NCBI GenBank assembly: GCA_016873845.1
Contig: VGVX01000002.1
Coordinates: 73,444 to 137,443, forward strand
Direction: 5' to 3'
Length of the DNA: 64,000 bases
DNA from: Ignavibacteria bacterium
GTDB taxonomy: Bacteria > Bacteroidota > Ignavibacteria > Ch128b
Each line of letters opens with the position of its first letter. Position 1 is the first letter of the stretch. Shown here piece after piece: positions 18,875-29,022 of this stretch. A program made the translations under genes and the position numbers. The notes under the pieces are model-generated. The model was not told the origin of the DNA, made no database searches, and saw only the letters and a list, made by a program, of their open reading frames with translations.

Positions 18875-21285
18875 AAATTTCACTTAACTGGCTGAAAAAC
18901 TATATTGATATTTCAAACTTGACAGTTGAAGAAATTGAAAAATCTTTAACGATGTCTGGTTTGGAGGTGGAGAGTATTGAAAGAATTGGCGAGTCTCTAC
19001 AGGGATTTATTGTTGGTGAAGTTACTTCAAGAGAGGCTCACCCAAATGCCGACAAACTTTCACTGTGTGAAGTTTCTAATGGAACTGAAGTCTTTCAAGT
19101 AGTATGCGGAGCTCCAAACGTCGCCGAAGGGCAGAAAATTGTTTTCGCACGAGTGGGCACCATCATGCCGGAAACTGGGGAAAAATTAAAAAAGGTAAAA
19201 ATTAGAGGTGTTGAATCTCACGGAATGATTTGCAGCGAGAAGGAACTTCAACTTGGTGACGATCATACAGGCATTGTGGTTCTAAGTTCAGATGCAAGTG
19301 TTGGGAAATCATTAGTTGAGCATCTGAATCTATCCGATACAGTTTTAGAACTTGGAATTACCCCAAATCGTCCTGATGCATTAAGTCATATTGGAGTAGC
19401 ACGAGAATTAAGTGCAATTTTAAAGAAAAAGTATTGTCTTCCAAAAATTGATTTTGACGAAGTCGATGAAAAAATAGAAGATTTATTGAAAGTTGAAATA
19501 GAAAATGAAATCGACTCTCCTCGCTACTGTGCGAAATATGTAAAAAATGTTAAGATTAAAGAATCGCCTCAGTGGCTGAAGAATTATTTGAACAATATTG
19601 GTATCCGACCAATTAATAATGTAGTGGATATCTCCAATTTTGTTATGATGGAATATGGTCAACCACTTCACACTTTCGATGCAAAACTAATTGAAGGAAG
19701 AAAAATAATTATTAAGAATGCATCCGAGGGCGAAAGATTCATTACTTTGGATGAGAAAGAAAGAATTCTTACAAACGATACTTTGATGATTTGCGATGAA
19801 AATCGAAAGATTGCGATTGCTGGTGTAATGGGAGGGGAAAATTCAGAGATAAGCGAGTCGACAAAAGATGTCATTATTGAGAGTGCATACTTCAATCCAA
19901 AAAGTATACGCAAGACATCCAAACGATTAGGACTTTCTACAGAGTCCTCTTACAGATTTGAAAGAGGAGTAGATTTTAACAACACGTTAAACGCTGCTCT
20001 TCGTGCTGCTCAGTTAATTTCCGAATTGGCTGACGGAGAAATTGTTTCAGGCGACATTGACGAGTATCCTAATAAATTGGAAAGCAAAGAAATTGAATTA
20101 AGGATCAAACGAGTTACGAATTATCTTGGCTTTGAAATTTCACGTGATAAAATTTGTGAAATTTTGGAGAGTCTTGGATTTGAAGTTAGGAAACAAAATG
20201 GTGGTGAGTTGATATGCACCGTACCATCATTTCGGCCTGATGTTGAAGGCGAAGCTGATTTGATTGAAGAAATTGCACGGATTTATGGATACGATAATAT
20301 TCCTCTCGATTCGAGGATTAGCTTCAATATATCTACAGAAAGAATTTTTACTGAACAGGAATACTCACTAAGAGAGATTTTAACGGGTTTTGGTTTATCC
20401 GAAGTAATCAATAATACTCTATTGAATGAATCGGATGCTATTTTCAACAGTAAAGTTCCGATGAAAATTCTAAATCCAATAAGTCAAGAACTCTCTCATT
20501 TGAGGACAAGTTTAATTCCATGTTTAGTTAAAAATGTTTCCTCTAACAACAAATTTTCTGAATTTGATTTGTCATTTTACGAAATCGGGAATTGTGTTTC
20601 TTTATTAGGAGCATCTCTCGAATCATTCAATGATTTTGTAGAATCGAGAAACTTGGCAATTTGTCTTACCGGACTTGCCAAATCCGAGAACTGGAAAGAA
20701 AAAAGCGAAAAGGTAAATCTATTACATTTAAAAGGTTTAACTGAAGCTCTTTTTGAAAAAATATCTCTTGACAAAGTATCATTCACTTCTTATAATAATT
20801 TAGAAAATATATTCTATTCTATTGAGATTAAAGTGTTTATAGATGCGACTTACATAGGTTCTTTATACCAGCTGGATGAGGCATATCTTCAAAAATTCGA
20901 TATTGAGAACCCAGTTATTGCTGCAGAATTTAATCTTGATTTAATAAAGTCCTTGCCAAAACGTACAGAAACATTTAAATCTGTATCAAATTTCCCAAAA
21001 GTCAATCGTGACATAAGCTTTTACGTTGCCGACAATATATCTTTTAGAGAAATAGAAGCAAAAATTTATTCTCTTTCTGACAAACTTTTAATCAATACAT
21101 TCCCATTTGATCTTTATAGGGATGAAAAACTTGCAGGAAAGAAGAGCATTGCAATTAGACTTGAGTTCCAATCATACGAAAAGACTCTTACAACCGAAGA
21201 GATTGAAAAAAAATTAGATAAAATCGTAAAAGGACTTGAAAAAGAATTTAATATACAATTGAGGTCATCAATTAATGAGTCTTGA
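18871..21285 (+). CDS. pheT: Phenylalanine--tRNA ligase beta subunit
   Basis: 804 aa. tRNA-binding, B3/B4, B5 and FDX-ACB domains. Overlaps pheS by 4 nt. Confidence 0.97.
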   Translation: MKISLNWLKNYIDISNLTVEEIEKSLTMSGLEVESIERIGESLQGFIVGEVTSREAHPNADKLSLCEVSNGTEVFQVVCGAPNVAEGQKIVFARVGTIMPETGEKLKKVKIRGVESHGMICSEKELQLGDDHTGIVVLSSDASVGKSLVEHLNLSDTVLELGITPNRPDALSHIGVARELSAILKKKYCLPKIDFDEVDEKIEDLLKVEIENEIDSPRYCAKYVKNVKIKESPQWLKNYLNNIGIRPINNVVDISNFVMMEYGQPLHTFDAKLIEGRKIIIKNASEGERFITLDEKERILTNDTLMICDENRKIAIAGVMGGENSEISESTKDVIIESAYFNPKSIRKTSKRLGLSTESSYRFERGVDFNNTLNAALRAAQLISELADGEIVSGDIDEYPNKLESKEIELRIKRVTNYLGFEISRDKICEILESLGFEVRKQNGGELICTVPSFRPDVEGEADLIEEIARIYGYDNIPLDSRISFNISTERIFTEQEYSLREILTGFGLSEVINNTLLNESDAIFNSKVPMKILNPISQELSHLRTSLIPCLVKNVSSNNKFSEFDLSFYEIGNCVSLLGASLESFNDFVESRNLAICLTGLAKSENWKEKSEKVNLLHLKGLTEALFEKISLDKVSFTSYNNLENIFYSIEIKVFIDATYIGSLYQLDEAYLQKFDIENPVIAAEFNLDLIKSLPKRTETFKSVSNFPKVNRDISFYVADNISFREIEAKIYSLSDKLLINTFPFDLYRDEKLAGKKSIAIRLEFQSYEKTLTTEEIEKKLDKIVKGLEKEFNIQLRSSINES

Positions 21286-21586
21286 AGAAAAAAAAGTAAT
21301 TTTTGAAGAATCACTTTTAAATCTTGAAAAGAATGTTCAGGATTTAGCCGTCAAACACAATGATCTCAAAAAAGAAAATAACGAACTTAAAGAAGAAATT
21401 TCAAACTTTCGTAATTTGAACGCCGAGCTTACAAAAGAGAAGTTAGCTCGTGAAACTGAATTGAATGACATTAAAGTTCAATTCGATAAAATAAAGAATA
21501 CAATAATAATTTCTGAGAAGGAGAGACAAGCATTAAAGAATAGAATTTCTGACGTATTGAAGAGGATAGAAGTTCACATTTCTTAA
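21275..21586 (+). CDS. Coiled-coil protein (hypothetical; possibly ZapB-like cell-division factor)
   Basis: 103 aa with heptad-rich charged sequence (LEKNVQDLAVKHNDLKKENNELKEEISNFRNLNAELTKEKL). Sits between pheT and zapA. Confidence 0.45.
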   Translation: MSLEEKKVIFEESLLNLEKNVQDLAVKHNDLKKENNELKEEISNFRNLNAELTKEKLARETELNDIKVQFDKIKNTIIISEKERQALKNRISDVLKRIEVHIS

Positions 21587-21603
21587 AATGTTTATTTACA
21601 AAG

Positions 21604-21885
21604 ATGTCAAATCAGAAGAAGCTCAAAATTAAAATATTCGATAAAGAATATTCTCTATTAGTTGAAAACGAAGAACGTGCTAAGGACCTAGGCGATTATG
21701 TTAATACACTGATGAATGACTTGAGGGAAGATATGAGTGATCAACCGACTCAAACAGTGGCTGTATTAGCATCGCTTAATATTGCAAACGACCTATTTGC
21801 AGAAAAAGACTCATATAATAAATCCATAGATAAGGCGAACGAAAGAATCAATAAACTAAATTTGCTTCTGGAAGACATCTCTTAA
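21604..21885 (+). CDS. zapA: Cell division protein ZapA
   Basis: 93 aa. IKIFDKEYSLLVENEERAKDLGDYVNTLMNDLRE...VAVLASLNIANDL matches the ZapA N-domain pattern. Confidence 0.7.
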   Translation: MSNQKKLKIKIFDKEYSLLVENEERAKDLGDYVNTLMNDLREDMSDQPTQTVAVLASLNIANDLFAEKDSYNKSIDKANERINKLNLLLEDIS

Positions 21886-21900
21886 TATTTTAACACTTCT

Positions 21901-22123
21901 AGCCGCTCTGAATTCTTCTTGGTAAATATTTGAGAACTAACACTTTTACCAAGGGAGTTAGACTCCGATAGCCAATTACAGGCCTCGACTCTCACTTTGT
22001 GAAAGTAGTTGTAAGTTTCCTTGTGAACTTATGGCTCAGTGGACGTAAAAGGTTTTTGGGCTGACACCCACTGTATTTTAGATAGGTTCTCAAATCCTAT
22101 CTGGAGGAGATCTTGGGGCGGCT
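21901..22123 (+). ncRNA. ssrS: Candidate 6S RNA (SsrS)-like structured ncRNA downstream of zapA
   Basis: A non-coding gap of about 260 nt. Its ends pair over about 35 nt with interruptions (5' AGCCGC...TTCTTCTTGG...TTTGAGAAC versus 3' GTTCTCAAA...CTGGAGGAG...GGGCGGCT). The interior carries several short hairpins. The zapA-ssrS order is conserved in E. coli and many other bacteria. Confidence 0.4.
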
Positions 22124-22147
22124 GATAATATAGAAAGCAAAATAGTT

Positions 22148-23710
22148 ATGGACCTTTATATTTTAATCCCATTAATAGTCTTCCTGTGTGTTGCATTGTT
22201 TTTTCTTGGGTGGATGCTAAATTCCCAGGTAGGAAAGCGTAGTATCAGTTCTGCTGAGGAAAGAGCAAAAAAAATAATTGAAGGTGCTGAAAAAGAATCT
22301 GCAAACCTCAAGCGAGAAAAACTTCTTGAAGTTAAAGATGAATGGTACAAGAAAAAACAACAATTCGATCAAGAATCTTCACACAAAAAAAATCAGCTTC
22401 AAGGATATGAAAAACAAATTAAGTCGCGTGAGGAATCTCTAGAAAAGAAATTAGAAGTCTACAATAAAAAAGAAAAATCTTTATTGGAAAGCGAAAAGGA
22501 GCTGACTCGCCGATTAAACGAATCGGAGAAAAAGAATCTTCATCTAGATACAATTATTACTGAGCAAAATATTCGGCTCGAACGGACTGCAGGACTAACT
22601 CGCCATGAAGCAAAGAAAATGCTCATTGAGAATTTAGAGAGTGAGGCTAAAACAGAAGCTGCACAGACTATTAAAAACATTAGAGATCAAGCAAAAGCGG
22701 AATGTAAAAAAGAAGCTCAAAAGATTATCGTGCAAGCCATCCAGCGTTCAGCTGCTGATCATTCAGTTGAAACAACACTAAGTGTCGTCCAAATTCAAAA
22801 CGAAGAGATGAAGGGAAGAATTATTGGAAAAGAGGGAAGAAACATCCGCGCATTTGAAGCTGCAACAGGTGTCGACGTAATAGTTGATGATACTCCAGAA
22901 GCCATTATTTTGAGTGCATTCGATCCATTCAGGAGAGAGGTCGCAAAAGTTTCGATTGAAAAACTCATGGCGGATGGGCGTATTCATCCAGCTCGAATCG
23001 AGGAAGTCGTTGAAAAAGTTAAAGAAGAACTTGAAGATAAAATTGTTGAAGATGGCGAGAATGCTCTTGTGGAATTGGGCTTACATGGGATGCATAAAGA
23101 ACTTATAAAGTCAGTTGGCAAAATGAAATATCGTTCAAGCTATGGGCAAAATCTACTGCAGCATAGCATTGAAGTTGCATTGCTGGCAGGAATTATTGCT
23201 GCGGAATTGGGATTAGATTCAAGCCATGCAAAAAGAGGTGCACTGCTACATGATGTTGGAAAAACTATCGAAAAGGGAGTAGAAGGTCCGCACGCATTAC
23301 TTGGCTGGGAGTTGACAAAAAAGTATAGCGAGCATCCAGTAGTTGTAAATGCAGTTGGATCTCATCATGATGATATAGAAATGGAACACCCGATTGCCGC
23401 AATTGTTCAAGCAGCCGATTCAATCAGTGGAGCCAGACCAGGTGCAAGAAGAGAACCGCTTGAAGGATATGTAAAACGGTTAGAAAAACTTGAAACAATT
23501 GCCAAATCATTTGAAGGTGTCGCAAAAACTTATGCGATCCAAGCAGGTCGTGAAGTCCGTGTTGTAGTCGAACACGAAAAAGTTGATGATTTGATAGCGG
23601 ATAGATTATCCCAGGAAATTGCGGGCAAAATCCAGGAAGAGATGGAATATCCAGGACAGATAAAAGTAGTGGTTATTCGAGAAGTTCGGAAAGTTGCCTT
23701 TGCCAAATAA
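22148..23710 (+). CDS. rny: Ribonuclease Y
   Basis: N-terminal TM helix, long coiled coil, KH domain (IIGKEGRNIRAFEAATGVDV) and HD domain (HSIEVALLAG...LLHDVGK). Confidence 0.95.
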   Translation: MDLYILIPLIVFLCVALFFLGWMLNSQVGKRSISSAEERAKKIIEGAEKESANLKREKLLEVKDEWYKKKQQFDQESSHKKNQLQGYEKQIKSREESLEKKLEVYNKKEKSLLESEKELTRRLNESEKKNLHLDTIITEQNIRLERTAGLTRHEAKKMLIENLESEAKTEAAQTIKNIRDQAKAECKKEAQKIIVQAIQRSAADHSVETTLSVVQIQNEEMKGRIIGKEGRNIRAFEAATGVDVIVDDTPEAIILSAFDPFRREVAKVSIEKLMADGRIHPARIEEVVEKVKEELEDKIVEDGENALVELGLHGMHKELIKSVGKMKYRSSYGQNLLQHSIEVALLAGIIAAELGLDSSHAKRGALLHDVGKTIEKGVEGPHALLGWELTKKYSEHPVVVNAVGSHHDDIEMEHPIAAIVQAADSISGARPGARREPLEGYVKRLEKLETIAKSFEGVAKTYAIQAGREVRVVVEHEKVDDLIADRLSQEIAGKIQEEMEYPGQIKVVVIREVRKVAFAK

Positions 23711-24362
23711 ATCTTCTTCTAAAATTTCAACAATAAACTCGAATTTATTGATAGGTATCACAGGCGGTATCGGGAGTGGAAAATCTTTATTCTCAAAATA
23801 TTTAAAGGATAATGGGGAGTTTGTGATCGATTCGGATGCACTGGCTAAGGAGCTAATGGTTAATAACAAGAATGTGAGAACCCACATCACACAAACTTTT
23901 GGAGCCAAAGCATATCTGCCGAATAATGAACTCAATAAAGATTTCATCGCTGAGGAAATTTATTCAAGTCCTATCAAATACAAAAAAATAAATTCAATTG
24001 TTCATCCTCCAACGATGATAGAAGTTCAAAAAATCGCCAAGAGAGAATTCAAAAAACATGAGATGGTCTTTGTTGAGTCGGCATTAATTTTCGAAGCGAA
24101 TATTCGAGATAGGTTTGATTATATTGTATTAGTAAAATCTGAGATTTCGAATCGACTAAGAAGAATTATATCGAGAGATTCAATTTCACCAGAAGATTTT
24201 TTTCGAAGGGCGGAATTTCAAATCGATCCGGACGAAGCAGAAGAATTAGCAGATTTTGTGATCCAAAATGATTCTACCCTTGAAGAATTGGACATTAAAT
24301 TCAGTTTTATATGGAATATTTTAACTTTACTTACCAAAAAGAAAAAAATTACTAAAAAATAA
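23694..24362 (+). CDS. coaE: Dephospho-CoA kinase
   Basis: IGITGGIGSGKS P-loop and CoaE fold. The true start is probably TTG at 23748 (giving MIGITGG) rather than the track start at 23694. Confidence 0.8.
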   Translation: MPLPNKSSSKISTINSNLLIGITGGIGSGKSLFSKYLKDNGEFVIDSDALAKELMVNNKNVRTHITQTFGAKAYLPNNELNKDFIAEEIYSSPIKYKKINSIVHPPTMIEVQKIAKREFKKHEMVFVESALIFEANIRDRFDYIVLVKSEISNRLRRIISRDSISPEDFFRRAEFQIDPDEAEELADFVIQNDSTLEELDIKFSFIWNILTLLTKKKKITKK

Positions 24363-24379
24363 AAATTACGGAGCTGCAC

Positions 24380-25288
24380 TTGAATCTTCTAAATTTATTG
24401 ATCGTCAAGGTTGCGCAAGTATTACCAAAATCATTTATAAAAATTTTCGCATCCCGGTATATTGCAGGTGAATATTTACCTGAAGGAGTTCGAGTTGTCA
24501 AAGAATTGAACTCAAAAAAAATTCGCGCTACAATGGATGTACTCGGAGAAGATACTACGAAATTAAACGAAGCTGAAAGCTCTACTAAAGAGGCGCTTAA
24601 AGTTCTTGAAACAATCTCCTTGGAGAAATTGGATTCTACGCTTTCTGTTAAACTGACTCAACTTGGGCTGAAACTAAATTATGACATTTGTCTTCAAAAC
24701 ATGAAAATGATTCTTACTGAAGCTAAAAAGTTGAACAACTATATCGAGATAGATATGGAGGATTCGACCTGTACCTATGATACTGTCAAAATTTACAAAG
24801 AGCTACGCAAAGAATTCGCTAACTGTGGTCTGGTTATGCAAGCTTATCTTCGGGATGCACAAAATATTTTTAATGGATCGTTGAACGAGTTACAGAATAG
24901 CAGCGTTCGGCTTTGCAAAGGTATTTATAACGAAAGTGAAGAAATCGCATTTAAAGTTAAGCAGGAGATCAGAAATAATTTTGTTCAACTATTGGATTTT
25001 TTATTTGCGAATAATATTTATGTTGGGATCGCTACTCATGATCCATATTTAGTCGATGCCGCGAAACATTTAATTCTAAAATATAATAAGTCATTCGATC
25101 AATTTGAATTTCAAATGCTTCTCGGAGTCAAAATAGATTTACGTGATCAACTTGTCTCTGAGGGATACAAAGTCCGTATTTATGTTCCATTTGGTACGGA
25201 GTGGTACAAGTATTCAATTCGAAGAATGAAAGAAAATCCTCAGTTAGCAAAGAATATTGCAATGAATATATTTTCCAAGCGATCATGA
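24380..25288 (+). CDS. Proline dehydrogenase (monofunctional PRODH)
   Basis: C-terminal FEFQMLLGVKIDLRDQLVSEGYKVRIYVPFGTEWYKYSIRRMKENP matches the proline dehydrogenase family. Confidence 0.75.
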   Translation: MNLLNLLIVKVAQVLPKSFIKIFASRYIAGEYLPEGVRVVKELNSKKIRATMDVLGEDTTKLNEAESSTKEALKVLETISLEKLDSTLSVKLTQLGLKLNYDICLQNMKMILTEAKKLNNYIEIDMEDSTCTYDTVKIYKELRKEFANCGLVMQAYLRDAQNIFNGSLNELQNSSVRLCKGIYNESEEIAFKVKQEIRNNFVQLLDFLFANNIYVGIATHDPYLVDAAKHLILKYNKSFDQFEFQMLLGVKIDLRDQLVSEGYKVRIYVPFGTEWYKYSIRRMKENPQLAKNIAMNIFSKRS

Positions 25289-26274
25289 TAATATTGGGGA
25301 TAGAGACATCTTGTGATGAGACCTCTGTTGGGATAATCGAGAACGATAAGATTCTGATCAATTTAATTTATACTCAGGAACAGCACAGGAAATTTGGTGG
25401 AGTGGTTCCGGAACTCGCAAGCCGCGCACATCTTCAAAACTTGCTGCCTCTTGTCAGGCAATCATTAAAAGAAACCGGAATAAAATTAAAAGATCTCGAT
25501 TTAATTTCAGCCACTGCCGGACCAGGTTTGATCGGTGCGCTGATTGTTGGCTATTGTTTTGGAAAAAGTTTGAGTTATTCATTAAAAAAGAATTTTATTC
25601 CAGTAAATCATGTACACGCTCATCTATACTCCACTTTCTTATCTGATAAAAAGCCGGAATTTCCATTTCTAGCATTACTTGTTTCAGGCGGGAATACAGC
25701 ACTTTATCTGATTAAAGATTTTTTTCAAATGGAGCTGCTTGGTTCGACAGTTGACGATGCAGCCGGTGAGGCATTTGATAAAGTTGGTAAGCTGCTTGGA
25801 TTAAACTACCCGGCTGGTTCTGAAATAGAAAAATTAGCCTCTTTGGGGGATGAAAATTTTTATGATTTTCCTGTGGCAAAGTTAAATGAAAAATACAATT
25901 TCAGTTTTAGCGGATTGAAAACTTCAGTATTGAGGTTCATTCAAAAAAATTATCCAGATGGCTTAAATGATGAAACAAAAAGAAACATTGCAGCATCTTT
26001 TCAGCGAGCATTAACTAAAGCTTTAATTCAAAAAGTAGAAATTGCTTGTGATGAATTTAAATTGTCAGATGCTGTTGTTGTGGGAGGTGTCGCAGCGAAT
26101 ACTTATCTTAGAATTAAGATGAGGGAAAGACTTCATCCCAAAAATTGTATGGTTTATCATCCGGAATTAAATCTATGCATGGATAATGGAGCAATGATCG
26201 CATTTGCAGGTTTGAAATCGTTTGAAAGCGGCTATTTCAAAACTAATTCAATTACAAAACCATTTCCAAATTGA
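25285..26274 (+). CDS. tsaD: tRNA N6-adenosine threonylcarbamoyltransferase TsaD (Kae1/YgjD)
   Basis: MIILGIETSCDETSVGI, HVHAHL and GGVAAN motifs. Start ATG at 25285 overlaps the PRODH stop (ATGA). Confidence 0.9.
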   Translation: MIILGIETSCDETSVGIIENDKILINLIYTQEQHRKFGGVVPELASRAHLQNLLPLVRQSLKETGIKLKDLDLISATAGPGLIGALIVGYCFGKSLSYSLKKNFIPVNHVHAHLYSTFLSDKKPEFPFLALLVSGGNTALYLIKDFFQMELLGSTVDDAAGEAFDKVGKLLGLNYPAGSEIEKLASLGDENFYDFPVAKLNEKYNFSFSGLKTSVLRFIQKNYPDGLNDETKRNIAASFQRALTKALIQKVEIACDEFKLSDAVVVGGVAANTYLRIKMRERLHPKNCMVYHPELNLCMDNGAMIAFAGLKSFESGYFKTNSITKPFPN

Positions 26275-27311
26275 TGTCATCCAAGTTAGATCCGCATAAA
26301 GCAAAAAACCTGATACCTCCAGATTACTGGCTATTAATACTCTCTTCATTCATTTTGTTTTTAATGTTTGGCTTAAATTTATTTTTTTCCGAGAATCCTA
26401 GATCAAATGAGGTATCATCCTTAGTAAAAGTACATGAGAATTCCACGTTTAAGAATCTTGCTGATAATCTTGAGAAGAAAAAAATAATCAGCCGGAAGAA
26501 TGCGTTTTTATTCTGCGGTTTTGTTCTTGGTGTCGAAAAGAAAATTAAAGCCGGTTCATACAATGTACCTTATGGATTATCGAATTACGCATTGCTCAAA
26601 ATGTTTTATGAAGGAAGCGGTAAGTCAACAGTTAAGATCACATTTCCGGAAGGAATACCTCTAAAGCAAATTGCTAAACTTTCATCCGATTCGCTTAACT
26701 TCAGTCAAACAGAGTTTTTAAGAATTGCATCTAGTAAGGAAGCGATGGCGAAATATAACAGACAGATTTCCTCCTTAGAAGGATATTTAATGCCTGACAC
26801 TTATGAATTTTTTACCGACTCAAAGCCTGAGGAAATTATTGAAAAAATGCAGTTTCAATTTAATAAGTTTTATGATGATAGAATAAAACCGTATGAATTG
26901 AAACTTAAAATGAACAAGCATGAAATTGTAACACTTGCATCTATAATCGAAGCTGAAACAAATGTCGATACTGAGCGAGCTACAATTTCGGGTGTTTATC
27001 ATAACCGCTTAAAAAAGAAAATGCGATTGGAAGCAGATCCGACTGTCGCCTATACTCTTCCTTGGCCTCCGAGAAGATTACTTTATAAAGACTTAAAGAT
27101 TAAATCGCCTTATAATACATATTTGAATCTTGGGCTGCCACCAGGCCCGATTAACTCACCAGGACGAGCAAGTTTATTAGCAGCAGTTAATCCAGAAATA
27201 CACAATTATTTGTATTTTGTTTCTACTGGACGGAATGATGGACATAAATTCTCAAGAACTTATTCAGAACACCAACGAGCAGTCCGAGAGTATCGCAGGA
27301 CACAGAGATAA
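26271..27311 (+). CDS. mltG: Endolytic murein transglycosylase MltG (YceG-like)
   Basis: N-terminal TM helix and YceG domain (ASIIEAETN, LNLGLPPGPINSPGRASLLAAVNP, YLYFV). Confidence 0.85.
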   Translation: MMSSKLDPHKAKNLIPPDYWLLILSSFILFLMFGLNLFFSENPRSNEVSSLVKVHENSTFKNLADNLEKKKIISRKNAFLFCGFVLGVEKKIKAGSYNVPYGLSNYALLKMFYEGSGKSTVKITFPEGIPLKQIAKLSSDSLNFSQTEFLRIASSKEAMAKYNRQISSLEGYLMPDTYEFFTDSKPEEIIEKMQFQFNKFYDDRIKPYELKLKMNKHEIVTLASIIEAETNVDTERATISGVYHNRLKKKMRLEADPTVAYTLPWPPRRLLYKDLKIKSPYNTYLNLGLPPGPINSPGRASLLAAVNPEIHNYLYFVSTGRNDGHKFSRTYSEHQRAVREYRRTQR

Positions 27312-27315
27312 TTTA

Positions 27316-29022
27316 ATGAATCAGCTCAATAAATATTTTCTATTGACTGCCTTCTGTTTTGTAAATTCATTGTTATTCAATTCTTGTGCAAATCAGTTGC
27401 CTCCTAGTGGAGGTGAGGAAGATAAAATTCCACCTGAAATCATAGCTTATTCCCCTCTACAGGAGGCAATAAATTTTTCAGATAATAAAGTTGTGATTGA
27501 GTTTAGTGAATATGTCGATAAGAGAACGGTTCAGGAGTCAATTTTTATTTCGCCATATTTTGAGGAGAGTCCAGAGTTTAGTTGGAGCGGCAAAGAAGTT
27601 GAGATAATTTTTCCGGAGAAGTTGAAAAAAAATCAAACCTATGTCGTAACGCTTGGAACAGACATTTCCGATCTTCGAAGAAATAAACTTTCAGAATCAT
27701 TTACACTCCAATTTTCAACTGGAGATAAAATTGATAAAGGATTATTGTCTGGTCGAGTGTATGATGATAATCCTTTCAATGTTCTATTGTATTTGTACAA
27801 AATTGATACTTCAAATTCAATTGTTAAATATTCTGAACGTAGACCTGATTTTGTCAGTCAGACTTCTCGAGAAGGGAGGTTTAATTTATCTGGTTTGCAG
27901 AATGGATGGTATAGACTAATTGCCGTACGCGATCAGTTTAAAGATTTTTTATATCAAGTCGAGCAGGATCAAATAGGGCTTACTTCAGGAGATATTTTCT
28001 TGAACGATTCAGCTCAGACAATTGAAAATATTGCAATCGAATTAACAAGGGAAGACACCTCAAAACCGGTTTTACTTTCAGCCAAGTCCATTGACAATAA
28101 TCATATTCTAATTACTTTCAGTGAGCCGATTGACTCAACTTCTTTATCGATTGAAAATGTAATTGTATTTGATAAAAAACAAAATTCTGGGACAAATATA
28201 GTTGGATATTATCGAGCTAGATTGAATAGTACAAGCTTGATGATTGTTTCAAACGAACTAAATCCAGAACGTGATTACGATTTAACGATTTGGAATGTAA
28301 AGGATTATTTTGGAAATAAATCAGATACGAATCGTGTTAGTTTTGCATCGGTTTCAGAGAAGGACACTACTGCACCGAAGCTACTCGATTCGCGGCCGTT
28401 TGAAAAAAGCGGGACGATAGATTATTTAGCATCTATCATACATTTTGTGTTCGACGATTTTATAGCAAACAATAATTTAGAATCAGCGATTACATTTATT
28501 GATTCTTCTGGTAAAACGGTTGATTATAAAATACATTTCATAGATAAATCATCGTTCAACATAAATCCAGTCTCATCATTGAAACCAAAGATGGATTATA
28601 AACTAAGTTTGGACTTAAAATATTTTAAAGATCTAGCGGAGAATAAAGTTGACTCTGTTTATTCAATAAATTTTAGGACAAATGATGAATCTTTTTTCAG
28701 TGAAATAAGCGGAACCGTAAGCAATTTTGAAAGACAAAAAAATGGTAAAGTCTTCATTTCGGCAAATGGAATAGATGGGCCGCGGCAAAAGTATACTGCT
28801 AAAGTTGATAGTTCAGGTAAATATGAGATAAAGAGAGTGCTTCAAGGTTCCTATTTGCTTAAAATGATTCAAGATGAAAGCGGAAAGGGAAATCAGTCAA
28901 GAGGCTCAACTGTTAAAAGTGAATTTTCTAGTAAGTTTGTTTACTATCCAGATACCATTAAAATTAAACCTCGCTGGCCTGTAACCGATGTAAATTTTGA
29001 TTACAAAAAGTTAACGAGGTAG
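27316..29022 (+). CDS. Lipoprotein with bacterial Ig-like domains (hypothetical)
   Basis: ATG at 27316 gives MNQLNKYFLLTAFCFVNSLLFNSC (lipobox). The 568-aa product is beta-rich, with Big/SbsA-like repeats. The track ORF starts inside mltG. Confidence 0.55.
   Translation: MNQLNKYFLLTAFCFVNSLLFNSCANQLPPSGGEEDKIPPEIIAYSPLQEAINFSDNKVVIEFSEYVDKRTVQESIFISPYFEESPEFSWSGKEVEIIFPEKLKKNQTYVVTLGTDISDLRRNKLSESFTLQFSTGDKIDKGLLSGRVYDDNPFNVLLYLYKIDTSNSIVKYSERRPDFVSQTSREGRFNLSGLQNGWYRLIAVRDQFKDFLYQVEQDQIGLTSGDIFLNDSAQTIENIAIELTREDTSKPVLLSAKSIDNNHILITFSEPIDSTSLSIENVIVFDKKQNSGTNIVGYYRARLNSTSLMIVSNELNPERDYDLTIWNVKDYFGNKSDTNRVSFASVSEKDTTAPKLLDSRPFEKSGTIDYLASIIHFVFDDFIANNNLESAITFIDSSGKTVDYKIHFIDKSSFNINPVSSLKPKMDYKLSLDLKYFKDLAENKVDSVYSINFRTNDESFFSEISGTVSNFERQKNGKVFISANGIDGPRQKYTAKVDSSGKYEIKRVLQGSYLLKMIQDESGKGNQSRGSTVKSEFSSKFVYYPDTIKIKPRWPVTDVNFDYKKLTR

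Noticed and set aside
22156-23108. Small ORFs inside and antisense to rny (22156-22350, 22778-22987, 22914-23108) and similar intragenic ORFs elsewhere (7204-7518, 18275-18475, 19483-19922, 20577-20786, 34721-35080, 40768-41058, 41158-41364, 49834-50175, 51360-51584, 54711-55091, 55871-56131, 56701-57062, 57669-57941, 58918-59154, 59309-59524, 60945-61151)
   Set aside because: All are embedded in confidently assigned longer genes on the opposite strand or in another frame, with no distinguishing signal.
27217-27315. N-terminal 33 codons of the track ORF 27217..29022
   Set aside because: They overlap the C-terminus of mltG in another frame. The ATG at 27316 immediately after the mltG stop gives a proper lipoprotein signal peptide.
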